From Turneriella sp. (GTDB lineage: Bacteria; Spirochaetota; Leptospiria; Turneriellales; Turneriellaceae), in the NCBI GenBank assembly GCA_965279515.1, contig CBDIID010000003.1, forward strand, positions 3,904,001 through 3,968,000: a DNA stretch of 64,000 bases. Direction: 5' to 3'. Position numbers and translations under genes: made by a program. This document shows, piece after piece, positions 39,416 to 49,298 of the stretch. The first letter of the stretch is position 1; each line of letters starts with the position of its first letter. Below the pieces are notes generated by a model that saw only the letters and a list, made by a program, of their open reading frames with translations, made no database searches and was not told where the DNA came from.

Positions 39416-41275
39416 ATGCAAAAACCCGATTTCGTAACAAACCAGCGCCTATTGACTTGGGTCGAGGCTATGGCAAACCTCACCCAACCCGATGATATCT
39501 ACTTTTGTGATGGCAGCGATGAAGAATATGATCGCCTTTGCGCCGAGATGGTCGCCAAAGGCACCTTCATCAAGCTGAATCCAGAGAAGCGGCCCAATAG
39601 CTTTCTGACTCGTTCTGACCCATCCGATGTTGCCCGTGTAGAAGATCGCACTTTTATCTGCAGCAAGCGCCGCGAAGATGCCGGCCCTACCAATAACTGG
39701 CTTGATCCTCGTGAGATGAAAAGCACCTTAAACAGCCTGTTTAACGGCTGTATGCGCGGGCGTACGATGTATGTGGTGCCTTTTTGCATGGGCCCGGTTA
39801 AATCAGAAATGTCCCTGTATGGTGTGCAGATTACAGATTCTCCTTATGCAGTTGTTAGCATGCGTATTATGACCCGGATGGGTAAACAAGCGCTCGATGT
39901 GATTGGCGATGGTAACTTTATTCCTTGCATGCATTCGGTCGGCGCACCGCTTGCAAAAGGTGAGAAGGATGTACTTTGGCCTTGCAATAAAGATAACAAA
40001 TATATTGTTCATTTTCCTGAAGAGCGCGCAATCTGGTCCTTCGGTTCTGGCTATGGTGGAAACGCCTTGTTAGGAAAAAAGTGCCTTGCGCTCAGAATTG
40101 CCTCCGTCATCGGACGTGACGAAGGCTGGCTTGCAGAACACATGCTTATTCTCGGGATGGAGAGACCCAATAAGGAAAAAACGTATGTTGCCGCCGCTTT
40201 TCCGTCAGCTTGCGGTAAGACAAACTTTGCAATGATGATTCCACCCGAACATTATAAAGGTTACAAGGTCACGACAGTTGGGGATGACATCGCATGGATC
40301 AGACCAGCAGCGGATGGTGGTCTTGTCGCGATCAATCCCGAAGCCGGATACTTCGGAGTTTTACCTGGAACATCGCGCGAGTCGAATAAGAACGCAATGG
40401 AGATTATCAGCAAAAATACCATTTTTACCAATGTCGCCCTGACGCCAGACGGAGATGTATGGTGGGAAGGTATGACAGAGAAACCACCTGCTGGTATTAT
40501 CGACTGGACTGGCCAGCCTTGGACGGCGGATTCCGGGAGAAAAGCCGCACATCCAAATGCGCGTTTTACTTCTCCGGCAACGCAGAATCCGGCACTGGAC
40601 AGTGATTTTGACAACCCAAAAGGTGTTAAAATCAGTGCGTTTATTTTCGGAGGCCGTCGCTCAACAACAGTCCCGTTGGTTTTTCAGGCAGTGAACTGGA
40701 ACCACGGCGTTTATTTTGCGGCGACAATTGGTTCAGAAATGACTGCGGCCGCAGCTGGTACAATCGGCCAGGTTCGCCGTGATCCTTTTGCAATGTTGCC
40801 TTTTGGCGGTTACCATATGGCTGATTATTTTAATCATTGGCTGCAGATGGGGCGTGACTTGGGCAATCCACCGAGGATGTTTTTTGTAAATTGGTTTAGA
40901 AAGGATAAAGACGGTAAGTTTGTCTGGCCCGGTTTTGGCGAAAATACGCGAGTGCTCAAATGGATTGTTGATCGTGTGCACGGCATGGGGACCGCAAGCG
41001 AAAGCCCTCTCGGCTGGATGCCACGTTACGAAGAGATGGACTGGGACGGACTGGAATTCAGCCGCGAACAATTTAACGAGTTGATGACCATCGATACACG
41101 CCTCTATAAAGATGAAGTTTTGCAGCACGAAGAGTTTTTTGATCGTATCTACGATCGTCTTCCAAAGGAACTTTTCTTTATCCGTCAGCTTTTACTCTCG
41201 AGCCTTTGGCGTTCGGGTGACAAATGGTTGGTTGGAAGTAAGGCTGGTGAAACCACCCATATGACGAAGTTATAG
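39416..41275 (+). CDS. pckG: Phosphoenolpyruvate carboxykinase (GTP)
   Basis: [45 protein letters not shown]. Confidence 0.97.
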   Translation: MQKPDFVTNQRLLTWVEAMANLTQPDDIYFCDGSDEEYDRLCAEMVAKGTFIKLNPEKRPNSFLTRSDPSDVARVEDRTFICSKRREDAGPTNNWLDPREMKSTLNSLFNGCMRGRTMYVVPFCMGPVKSEMSLYGVQITDSPYAVVSMRIMTRMGKQALDVIGDGNFIPCMHSVGAPLAKGEKDVLWPCNKDNKYIVHFPEERAIWSFGSGYGGNALLGKKCLALRIASVIGRDEGWLAEHMLILGMERPNKEKTYVAAAFPSACGKTNFAMMIPPEHYKGYKVTTVGDDIAWIRPAADGGLVAINPEAGYFGVLPGTSRESNKNAMEIISKNTIFTNVALTPDGDVWWEGMTEKPPAGIIDWTGQPWTADSGRKAAHPNARFTSPATQNPALDSDFDNPKGVKISAFIFGGRRSTTVPLVFQAVNWNHGVYFAATIGSEMTAAAAGTIGQVRRDPFAMLPFGGYHMADYFNHWLQMGRDLGNPPRMFFVNWFRKDKDGKFVWPGFGENTRVLKWIVDRVHGMGTASESPLGWMPRYEEMDWDGLEFSREQFNELMTIDTRLYKDEVLQHEEFFDRIYDRLPKELFFIRQLLLSSLWRSGDKWLVGSKAGETTHMTKL

Positions 41276-41306
41276 TAAGCTACGCTCTGCGCATGCTGCG
41301 TAGACA

Positions 41307-42479
41307 ATGAAAATAGTAATCTTCAACAATTATCTGCACACGCGAGGCGGCGGAGAAAAATCGACTCTGGATTTTGCCGGATATTGCGCACTGCGTTATA
41401 AGGGCAGTGATATCACGATCACTTCGTGGAATGATCTCACGATCGACCTGAAAAGTTATGCGGCTTATTTCGGGCTTAAGGTGCCCAAAAACATAAAATT
41501 TAAGTCAATTCTGCGTGGGATTCCATCCTGGTTCCGCCGTTTGGCTAAAACCAGAATTTTTAAGCTCCTTTTTCAGGGATATTTACTGCGAAAGCAATTT
41601 TCAGACTGTGATCTGTTTATCAACCACACTGCTGCTTCGTTATGCGGCGGGATTGGCAAGCGAAATATCTATGTGATGATGTTTCCCTTTATCGGTAGTT
41701 CTAAAAATTTCGTTAAGAATATTGTCGGAATATTGTGGACCAGGCTGATATTGAAGAAATACGATCTAATCGCCGCCAATTCTAATTTTACGAGGGAGCT
41801 TGCGGAGAAGATGTATGGAATAAAGGGCAAGATCAGAACCATCTATCCGTGTTTTGAGCAGATTCCAGTGCGAAATACTCACAAGAGAAAAGGCAGTTTG
41901 AAGATTCTGTCTGTGGCCCGGTTCAGTGACCGGGGACATAGAAAGAGGCAAGATCTCTTACTGCTGGCATTTCAAAGTATTCTCAAAAAAATTCCCAACG
42001 CACAGCTTAAAATGATTGGGTCATTGGATGGGAAAAACTCTGAGGATTTACAGTTTTTTAAAAATCTCAAAAATACATCGAAGACTTTAAGCCTTCCCGT
42101 TACTTTTATTGCTAATGCGGAAATAGAGGAAAAAATCAAGGCATTACAATGGGCAGATGTTTTTTGGTTGGGGACGGGGTTTTTCGATACATCTCCGCCC
42201 AGGGAGATAGAAAAGGAACATTTTGGTATAGTTGTGTTAGAAGCTATGCAATTCGGGCTTATACCGTTTACGTATGCTGGGGGTGGTGTTGTCGAACTTT
42301 ATGAAGATGGGGTATCGGGTTTTAGTTGCCAGAGTGTTTCAGAGTTATCTCAAAAAACACTTGGTTTTGCCAAAAAGACTGCGGTACAGAGAAAGCATAT
42401 GCAGAAAGAAGCCATGCACCGGGTTGGGCGTTTCAGTAAAGCCGCGTTTTACAGAAGCCTTGATCAGGTTATGATTTAA
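41307..42479 (+). CDS. GT4 glycosyltransferase
   Basis: GGGEK, NSNFT, KRQD, EHFGIVVLEAM. Confidence 0.9.
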   Translation: MKIVIFNNYLHTRGGGEKSTLDFAGYCALRYKGSDITITSWNDLTIDLKSYAAYFGLKVPKNIKFKSILRGIPSWFRRLAKTRIFKLLFQGYLLRKQFSDCDLFINHTAASLCGGIGKRNIYVMMFPFIGSSKNFVKNIVGILWTRLILKKYDLIAANSNFTRELAEKMYGIKGKIRTIYPCFEQIPVRNTHKRKGSLKILSVARFSDRGHRKRQDLLLLAFQSILKKIPNAQLKMIGSLDGKNSEDLQFFKNLKNTSKTLSLPVTFIANAEIEEKIKALQWADVFWLGTGFFDTSPPREIEKEHFGIVVLEAMQFGLIPFTYAGGGVVELYEDGVSGFSCQSVSELSQKTLGFAKKTAVQRKHMQKEAMHRVGRFSKAAFYRSLDQVMI

Positions 42480-42519
42480 GATCTCCTCGCTGCGGTAGTT
42501 ATTCATGTTTTTTTTGGTG

Positions 42520-43431
42520 CTATCCGGGCTTGAGGCAGAGGAAAACAACTTGTTTTGCCTGGGATTCTTCTTTTTTTGAAACCCCGCTGAAAACTTTCGG
42601 GTCCTTACTATCACGGACCAGGAACTTTGTATAGGCACCGCCTGTTTGCGAAGTGAGTATCTTTTCAACCATAGTTATGGAATACGGCTTAAGGCAATCC
42701 GGATTTTTCCAGAATTCATCGAAAAATATATCAGGGTTTCTCAAATTGGGTACCTGCAAATACAGTGCGCCTCCGGCATTGAGCAAGGTCACGGCTAAAA
42801 TGAGCAGTTCGACTTGTTCGCGAGGGGTCAAAGTTTCAAAAACTCCGATACAGGATATCAAATCAAATTTCTGAGCAGATAGAACCTTTAGTGCGGTTAG
42901 GGGGGTGCTCACAATTTTTTCTTCAACTTCATCAGGAAAAGTTTCATGTGGAGAAACTGCTACACTTTCCCTTAGATGGGGTAACTTTGTTTTCAGTAAT
43001 GTAAGGTCAGGGGAGTTTTCAGCTGATAAATGGAGTATTCGCTTTATCGGAATTCTATTTTTCTTCAGGTATGCTGAAGTGATACGACTAAAATTGCGCC
43101 CTATGATCTGGCGTCGAATTATTCTGGTATCGCTTTCTTCTTTGCGAAAATACTCCGAGGCAATTTTGTCTGTGCCTAGACTGGGGTTCTGCAGTTGAGT
43201 AACAATAAATTTATCATTCCTGGGAGCCCCATACAAAAGCATATTTGCCTTAGCTTCAAGTGTTGACATTCGGGCATAAATTCTACGGTTGAAGTCAATC
43301 TCTTCGATCCCGGAAGCTGTTCGTTTTTTGTCCTCCACTCGGGTAAGAATCGGTTTAATGCGTGTTTTCAGAAACACCCAAAGCCTTTCAGGCATTATTA
43401 TGGGACCGATTTTTTTGATTATTTTTTTCAC
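42520..43431 (-). CDS. Methyltransferase-fold protein with degenerate SAM motif
   Basis: FDLISCIGVFETL, LLNAGGALYLQVPN, FWKNPDCLKPY; motif I not canonical. Confidence 0.55.
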   Translation of the reverse strand: MKKIIKKIGPIIMPERLWVFLKTRIKPILTRVEDKKRTASGIEEIDFNRRIYARMSTLEAKANMLLYGAPRNDKFIVTQLQNPSLGTDKIASEYFRKEESDTRIIRRQIIGRNFSRITSAYLKKNRIPIKRILHLSAENSPDLTLLKTKLPHLRESVAVSPHETFPDEVEEKIVSTPLTALKVLSAQKFDLISCIGVFETLTPREQVELLILAVTLLNAGGALYLQVPNLRNPDIFFDEFWKNPDCLKPYSITMVEKILTSQTGGAYTKFLVRDSKDPKVFSGVSKKEESQAKQVVFLCLKPG

Positions 43432-43471
43432 ATTCAGGTTCCTGTAAGAAAACTCTCTCAGAGCATAATTT

Positions 43472-44656
43472 CTATTGGCATAACTCCGTTAAAATAGCTT
43501 TTGCATATTTTTCCCAGCCATTTGTGTTTTGCTCAAAGTTGGGAGCAATTAACCTTCTACTGGGATTCAAAAAAATCTGTCTTATGCCTGCGGCAACAGA
43601 CCAAGAGTCGGCCGGATTAACGAACACGCCTTCCAGGGAGCATGCTTCAGGCAGGCTTGAGCCGATGTGTGTTAGTACTGGGACTCCCATGGCATGGGCT
43701 TGAGCCAGTGGCAAACCAAGCCCTTCGTAAATCGAGAGCATAGCAACACAGCCTGAGTAGTGCATTAACGAGGCCAAGTCAGAATCAGGGACATATCCTG
43801 GAAGAATAATATCGTTTTTCAGGGTTGATTCGTTAATACGGAGAAAAATATCCGAATTAAGCCACCCCGTGCCGCCTACGAGCAAGAGCTTTATAGTGCT
43901 TTCGGGAAATTTTTTTCGAAAAAGCTCCCAACCTTCGATGAGACGAATGATATTTTTTCGTGGTTCAAGGGATCCTGCTGCTAAAATATACTGCATTGGA
44001 ATTAGTTTTAAAGCCAGTAGTGCTTCTTCTGAAACTGCGCCTGCATCTAATTCTGCAGGGATTTTCAGATATGAAATCTTTCCTTTCTGCTGATCCCCGT
44101 AGTAGTCATGCAGATCGATTGCTGTGCTGCGGGATATGCAGATCATTTTTTCCATATATCTCCCCATTGGTTGCAGATAATTTTCACGATACCAGAGGCT
44201 AAATTCGGGGATAAAAAATTCGGGAAAGTAATGCGCGATGAGATCATAAATTACGGCGCTCAAAGCGGTTTTTTTAGGATTTACCTGCCCTGACCTTATC
44301 AGGTACGATAAATCGAGAATGGACTGAAAGTGTACCTGATATGCATTTTTTGTCAACTGCATCGAAAATTTTTCCTTTACATAATATCCTTTTGACTTGA
44401 GGTTATAACCCCAAATATCTTCAGAGTTAAGGCCAAGAGCTTCCTCCACTTGGGCTAGAATACACGCCGAATTTGTTTCAAGGCCCCAAATCTTGAAGCG
44501 CGGGTGTAGAATAATCTCATAATCCGGAAACTGTGGCCTCAGTTTTATAAAATTTTGAATGATCCGAAAATTGTATTCCTGAATGCCGGTTTTCAGCCAA
44601 CGATAAGCGTCAGTCGATAAATTGGAGACATCGACGATGAGTCTGCGTTTGGTCAT
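43472..44656 (-). CDS. GT4 glycosyltransferase
   Basis: TGIQ, IYDLI, GSLEPRKNI, SIYEGLGLP. Confidence 0.9.
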   Translation of the reverse strand: MTKRRLIVDVSNLSTDAYRWLKTGIQEYNFRIIQNFIKLRPQFPDYEIILHPRFKIWGLETNSACILAQVEEALGLNSEDIWGYNLKSKGYYVKEKFSMQLTKNAYQVHFQSILDLSYLIRSGQVNPKKTALSAVIYDLIAHYFPEFFIPEFSLWYRENYLQPMGRYMEKMICISRSTAIDLHDYYGDQQKGKISYLKIPAELDAGAVSEEALLALKLIPMQYILAAGSLEPRKNIIRLIEGWELFRKKFPESTIKLLLVGGTGWLNSDIFLRINESTLKNDIILPGYVPDSDLASLMHYSGCVAMLSIYEGLGLPLAQAHAMGVPVLTHIGSSLPEACSLEGVFVNPADSWSVAAGIRQIFLNPSRRLIAPNFEQNTNGWEKYAKAILTELCQ

Positions 44657-44736
44657 CCGTTTTCCCGGAAAAATCGATTGAACAACGGTTCAAATCAATT
44701 TACGTCCCACGCCAGCAATCGATTTCAACCGGAGAC

Positions 44737-46113
44737 ATGTCTTCACTCCAAAAAGTCATCTGTCTCGGCGCCGGTTATGTTGGTGGGCCCACGATGGCTA
44801 TTATGGCCTCACATAATCCGGAAGTGCAATTTTTTGTGACTGATCAGAACGCCGAACGCATCGTCGCGTGGAATACTGAAAAACTGCCAGTTTTTGAACC
44901 TGGGCTCGGCGACATTGTACGCAAAATCCGTGGCAAGAATCTCTTTTTTAAAGTCATCACTCCCGAACTTTTGGCTGAGGCCGACATTGTCTTCGTCTGC
45001 GTCGGTACCCCCACCAAAGAATACGGCGAAGGCAAGGGCATGGCTGCCGACATGCAGTTCACCGAACTGGCCGTCCGCGATATTGAAAAATACTGCAAAA
45101 CCGGGACGATCATCGTCGAGAAGAGTACGGTACCCGTAAAAACGGCCGAGGCGATACTGAACATCGTCAATACGCAGGGGAGCGCGAAGCGCTTCGAAGT
45201 ACTTTCCAACCCCGAATTCCTCGCCGAGGGCACTGCGATACGCGACCTCGAAAACCCTGACCGCGTGCTCATTGGCCATGCGGAAACCGAATCGGGTCGC
45301 TCCGCAGCACAAACAGTCAAGGAACTCTATACAGCGTGGGTCAAACCCGAGCGGGTACTGCTGACAAATGTCTGGTCCAGTGAGCTCTCAAAACTGGTGG
45401 CTAACGCATTTCTGGCGCAGCGGGTTTCGTCGATTAACAGTATCTCGGCCCTGTGTGAGAAAACAAACGCTTCAGTAAAACAAATCAGCCGGGCGATCGG
45501 AGCGGACCAGCGGATCGGTTCGCGCTTTATCGAGGCAAGCGTGGGCTTTGGCGGATCTTGTTTCAAAAAGGATATCCTCAATCTGGTTTATATCTGCCGT
45601 CAGCAGGGACTCCTCGAAGTAGCCAATTACTGGCAGGCGGTCATTGATATGAACGACTACCAGACACGCCGGTTTGTCAGCCAGATCATTGAAACACAGT
45701 TCAACAGCGTTGCCGGTAAAAAAATTGCCATATTGGGTTTTGCCTTTAAGCCCGACACGAACGACACGCGCGAATCACCGGCAATCTATGTCTGCAAACG
45801 TCTGATCGAGGAGAAGGCGAAGCTCTTTATCCACGATCCGCAGGCGCTCGACCATGCCAAAATTGACCTCAAGGGCATTGATGCAACGGTAACCTACACA
45901 GATCAAATTGAAGAAGCTATCGAGGGGGCGCACGCCCTCGTCATTCTCACACAATGGCAGCAATATGCGGATCTCGACTATACAAAAATATTCCACAGAA
46001 TGCAGAAGCCGGCCTTTATCTTTGACGGACGTTCTATCATCGATGCGCAGGCGCTTCATAAGATTGGTTTTAATGTAACCCAGATTGGTATTGCTCCATT
46101 GACGTACTTCTAG
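44737..46113 (+). CDS. ugd: UDP-glucose 6-dehydrogenase
   Basis: GAGYVGGP, EKSTVP, NPEFLAEG, GFGGSCFKKD with intact catalytic Cys, FKPDTNDTRES. Confidence 0.95.
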   Translation: MSSLQKVICLGAGYVGGPTMAIMASHNPEVQFFVTDQNAERIVAWNTEKLPVFEPGLGDIVRKIRGKNLFFKVITPELLAEADIVFVCVGTPTKEYGEGKGMAADMQFTELAVRDIEKYCKTGTIIVEKSTVPVKTAEAILNIVNTQGSAKRFEVLSNPEFLAEGTAIRDLENPDRVLIGHAETESGRSAAQTVKELYTAWVKPERVLLTNVWSSELSKLVANAFLAQRVSSINSISALCEKTNASVKQISRAIGADQRIGSRFIEASVGFGGSCFKKDILNLVYICRQQGLLEVANYWQAVIDMNDYQTRRFVSQIIETQFNSVAGKKIAILGFAFKPDTNDTRESPAIYVCKRLIEEKAKLFIHDPQALDHAKIDLKGIDATVTYTDQIEEAIEGAHALVILTQWQQYADLDYTKIFHRMQKPAFIFDGRSIIDAQALHKIGFNVTQIGIAPLTYF

Positions 46114-46347
46114 TATTGCCAGACGGGCCGACACCTTTGGCCCAAGTGCTATAAATCCAGATTTTTTGTTTTTTTATTGCCACCCGGGGCGTCTAACTGT
46201 ATTATGTCACATAGACTGAACAGAAAGACTACAGGTTTTTCAAACAGGCGTCGACATTTAAAGATGGCTGGGCCGCAAGGTCTGGCAGGGGCGAATCTGA
46301 AAGGATTCGCCCGGGGTGGTTTTCGAACGGGTGTCTCTGCGGAGACT

Positions 46348-46608
46348 ATGAAAATAACAACCACAAACACCCGGTCGGTCGTAACAGCGATTTCAGGCAG
46401 CTCGCAGAGGGGCGCCTGGGAATACCAGCGAAAGCCCAGTGTCTTTCGAGCGGTTTACCGCCCGAAAGACTTGGTTGCTCCTAAAGGGCAAAGTTTTCGC
46501 GACATTCTTGAAAGAGAATTGGGAAGTGGAAAGGTAGCAGGGCAGGGTAACACCGGGTCTGATGCCGAAACAACTCAGGTTCTCGCAGGATTCTGGGGGG
46601 TGGCGTAA
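46348..46608 (+). CDS. Small hypothetical protein (86 aa)
   Basis: GGAGA RBS before ATG 46348; SFRDILEREL segment; overlaps the convergent gene by 34 nt. Confidence 0.45.
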   Translation: MKITTTNTRSVVTAISGSSQRGAWEYQRKPSVFRAVYRPKDLVAPKGQSFRDILERELGSGKVAGQGNTGSDAETTQVLAGFWGVA

Positions 46609-47126
46609 TAGCGCCCCCCAACTAATCCTGTCAGTATCCAAAAAAAAGTAACCAGCTGAAAAACGTAAAAGCTCCACGCAAAAGTGGCTTCTTTCGTTGC
46701 GGCAATGCGGTAGGGATTCACCCAGTTCCAAAGTGCGAACAGCGCGACGATGGCAAGGCCCACGTAGCGGTACACCGGCCCGCGCTTGAGCAGCTTCGGT
46801 TCACGGGGCATCAGAAACCAGAACAGAGATATCGCCGCGAGTAGGCATCCCACTAAGATTAAGGCAAAGTCATCGCTGTAGATGCCATGCTTGCGTGCGG
46901 CATCGTCGCCGAATTGAATGCGGTAACTGCGCCAGGGCAAGAAGGTGAAGATGATCACCACGCCGGTTAAGAGTGCAAAGGTGCGCTCGGCGAGGGGGAT
47001 AGACATAAAGCGGGACCAGCGGCTACTAAAAAAATCGGCCGCAATGCGGCCGATTTCAGCGAATACCCCGGCATAGAGCACGAGGTAACCCGTAATAGCG
47101 GAAATGAATTTTTTGAACAAACTCAT
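46575..47126 (-). CDS. Hypothetical membrane protein
   Basis: 4-5 TM helices; coupled to the acyl-CoA dehydrogenase stop. Confidence 0.7.
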   Translation of the reverse strand: MSLFKKFISAITGYLVLYAGVFAEIGRIAADFFSSRWSRFMSIPLAERTFALLTGVVIIFTFLPWRSYRIQFGDDAARKHGIYSDDFALILVGCLLAAISLFWFLMPREPKLLKRGPVYRYVGLAIVALFALWNWVNPYRIAATKEATFAWSFYVFQLVTFFWILTGLVGGRYYATPQNPART

Positions 47127-48304
47127 TTCATACTGGCTGAGTCTTTAATCACGTACGAACCGATCTCATTTTTCTGGATCTGGCTGGTACCTTCGTAGAT
47201 CGTGAGAATTTTCGCGTCGCGGTACATCTTCTCAATCGGATAGTCTTTGGTGAAACCATAGCCGCCGTGCAGCTGCAGCGCGTCATTGCAGATCGAAACT
47301 GCGGCTTCAGACGACATGAGTTTTGCCATTGCTGAGTAGCGCGCCGATTCAGGGTGGCCGTTCAGCGAGTATTTCGCTGCGCGGTAAGCGAGAAGGCGCG
47401 CCGCTTCGATCTTGGTTGTCATATCGGCGAGCATGTGCTGCACTGCCTGGAAGTTGATGATCTTTTTGCCGAACTGCTCGCGCTGGCGCGCGTATTTTAC
47501 CGCTTCTTTATAAGCGCCCTGTGAGAGGCCTGTACCCATCGTGGCGATGAACGGGCGTGAAGAGATCAGAGTTTTGATCGCGTGGATAAAGCCTGCGTTG
47601 GGTTTGAGTCCCACGAGGTTTTCAGCCGGCACTTCCATATCTTCCATGATGACCTGGCGAGTATGCGAGCAGCGGATACCCATCTTTTGTTCGAGCTTGC
47701 CGAAGCTGAGGCCCTTGGTGTCTTTTTCGACGATAAAGCATGAGATACCGCGCGGGCCCTTGGTCTTATCGGTGATCGCAAAAATCGTGTAGATATCGGC
47801 CTGGCCGGCATTGGTAATCCACTGCTTGGTGCCGTTCAGGATGTACTTGTCGCCTTTTTTCTCGGCGTAAGTTTTCAGGGCAGGTACGTCTGAACCTGCG
47901 CCTGGTTCGGTGAGCGCAAAGGCAGCGATTTTCTGACCGCTGGCGATGAGCGGCAGGTATTTCATTTTTTGTTCTTCAGTGCCGCCGTGTTCGATCGGAA
48001 GGGCACCGAGTTTCATGGCGCCGGCGCTGGTGGCAACGCCGAGGCAATACTCGCTCATGACTTCGATGGCGAGTACGGTTAAGAAAGAGGATAAGCCGAG
48101 GCCGCCGTATTTTTCTTCGAACATGATGCCGAAGAGGCCCGCCTCTGCGAATTTTTTAAAGATTTCATGGGGGAACTTCTCGTGCTCATCCATTTCAGCG
48201 CGGCGGGGAACGATTTCGTTCTTGCAGAGCTCGTGCGCCATATCGAGCATCTCTTGCATCTCATCGGTGATGCTAAAATCCAACAGTCCTTCGTATTGTG
48301 CCAT
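47123..48304 (-). CDS. Acyl-CoA dehydrogenase
   Basis: FALTEPGAGSD, NGTKQWITN, KMGIR, REQFGK, QLHGGYG, IYEGTSQIQ; GAGGA RBS before ATG 48304. Confidence 0.95.
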   Translation of the reverse strand: MAQYEGLLDFSITDEMQEMLDMAHELCKNEIVPRRAEMDEHEKFPHEIFKKFAEAGLFGIMFEEKYGGLGLSSFLTVLAIEVMSEYCLGVATSAGAMKLGALPIEHGGTEEQKMKYLPLIASGQKIAAFALTEPGAGSDVPALKTYAEKKGDKYILNGTKQWITNAGQADIYTIFAITDKTKGPRGISCFIVEKDTKGLSFGKLEQKMGIRCSHTRQVIMEDMEVPAENLVGLKPNAGFIHAIKTLISSRPFIATMGTGLSQGAYKEAVKYARQREQFGKKIINFQAVQHMLADMTTKIEAARLLAYRAAKYSLNGHPESARYSAMAKLMSSEAAVSICNDALQLHGGYGFTKDYPIEKMYRDAKILTIYEGTSQIQKNEIGSYVIKDSASMK

Positions 48305-48448
48305 ATTTTCCTCTCTGTTTATGGGGTTTGAAAAGCGATTCGACAGATTTCCTTTTTTAGTCAGTCGGACAAGTCGAAATGAACCGGTGTTCATTATTGG
48401 TTTAAGCCCCTGACCCCAGCCCCAGACTTGGGGAGGGGCGATAATTTC

Positions 48449-48489
48449 TTGACATCATGATAACAATTTTATAAATTATGTTATCATGA
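48449..48489 (+). promoter_or_regulatory. Sigma70-type promoter overlapped by an operator palindrome for the TA operon
   Basis: TTGACA(48449)-17 nt-TAAATT(48472); perfect 11-bp IR TCATGATAACA/TGTTATCATGA at 48455-48465 and 48479-48489. Confidence 0.7.
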
Positions 48490-48710
48490 CGCGTACACAG
48501 ATCAGCCTCGAAAAAGAAGAAATGGAAATCGCGCAGGTGACGGCTAAATCATACGGCATCTCGCTCGCCGAAATGATGCGCAGGGCTATCCGCAAAGAGT
48601 TTTCGCCCGACCAGGGCAAACCCTGGATGAAATACTGCGGCAGCATCAGTTCGGGTGGTGCGGTAACATCTGCCGAGGTTGACGAGCTTGTCTATGGCCG
48701 AAAAGACTGA
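48486..48710 (+). CDS. vapB: Ribbon-helix-helix (CopG-like) antitoxin
   Basis: MTRTQISL..A...GISLAEMMRRAI; DELVYG tail; upstream of a PIN gene. Confidence 0.8.
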   Translation: MTRTQISLEKEEMEIAQVTAKSYGISLAEMMRRAIRKEFSPDQGKPWMKYCGSISSGGAVTSAEVDELVYGRKD

Positions 48711-49122
48711 CAGATTGCCTGGCCATATTGAAGCTTATGTCGACTCAGGGGCATTCATTGCCTTCTTTGATAAGAGCGACACCTGGCACCCGCTGTTTGC
48801 CGGGCTCTTTGCCCGCACCAAGGGCCTCATCACGACGCCGCTCGTCATCGCCGAAACCCATGGCTGGTTCGTGCGCCGCTTTGATAGCTACCGCGGCCTT
48901 GAATTTCTGACATTCATAGAAACACTGCGGATTTTGACTGTGCTGTCAACGGACACCGAAATGCTCACAGCAGCGACGGCTTTACTGCGCAAGTTTTCCG
49001 ATCAAAAGTTAACGCTCGCCGACGCATGTGGCCTCCACCTTTTAAAGAAGCATTCGAAGCTTAAGAACTGGTCTACCGACCGGCATCTGACCTTGACTGG
49101 CAGAAAGCTTGTAATCGATTGA
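48694..49122 (+). CDS. vapC: PIN-domain toxin
   Basis: YVDSGAFIA..D.WH, VIAET, LTLADA, STDRH acidic tetrad. Confidence 0.88.
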   Translation: MAEKTDRLPGHIEAYVDSGAFIAFFDKSDTWHPLFAGLFARTKGLITTPLVIAETHGWFVRRFDSYRGLEFLTFIETLRILTVLSTDTEMLTAATALLRKFSDQKLTLADACGLHLLKKHSKLKNWSTDRHLTLTGRKLVID

Positions 49123-49168
49123 TTTGTCGTGCACTAAGGTAAGGCTTCGTCGCAGCAAGACGTAAATC

Positions 49169-49193
49169 TCACCCTGAGCTTGTCGAAGGGTGA
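49169..49193. repeat. Short palindromic repeat TCACCCTGAGCTTGTCGAAGGGTGA
   Basis: TCACCCT/AGGGTGA arms; resembles a widespread REP-like CTGAGCTTGTCGAAG intergenic repeat family. Confidence 0.6.
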
Positions 49194-49298
49194 CGGCTAG
49201 GAAAAATCTAAAAAATATTTGACGCCTTGTTCAAGTTTGACTATTTTTCAAAAGTTGACGGGTTGTTCATATATGACATCCCTGTCAGGAGACCAAAA

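Noticed and set aside
46484..46560. c-di-GMP-I riboswitch-like words (GGCAAA, GAAA-capped stem)
   Set aside because: Spacing is wrong, the GACGCAAAGC junction is absent, and the stretch lies inside a plausible ORF.
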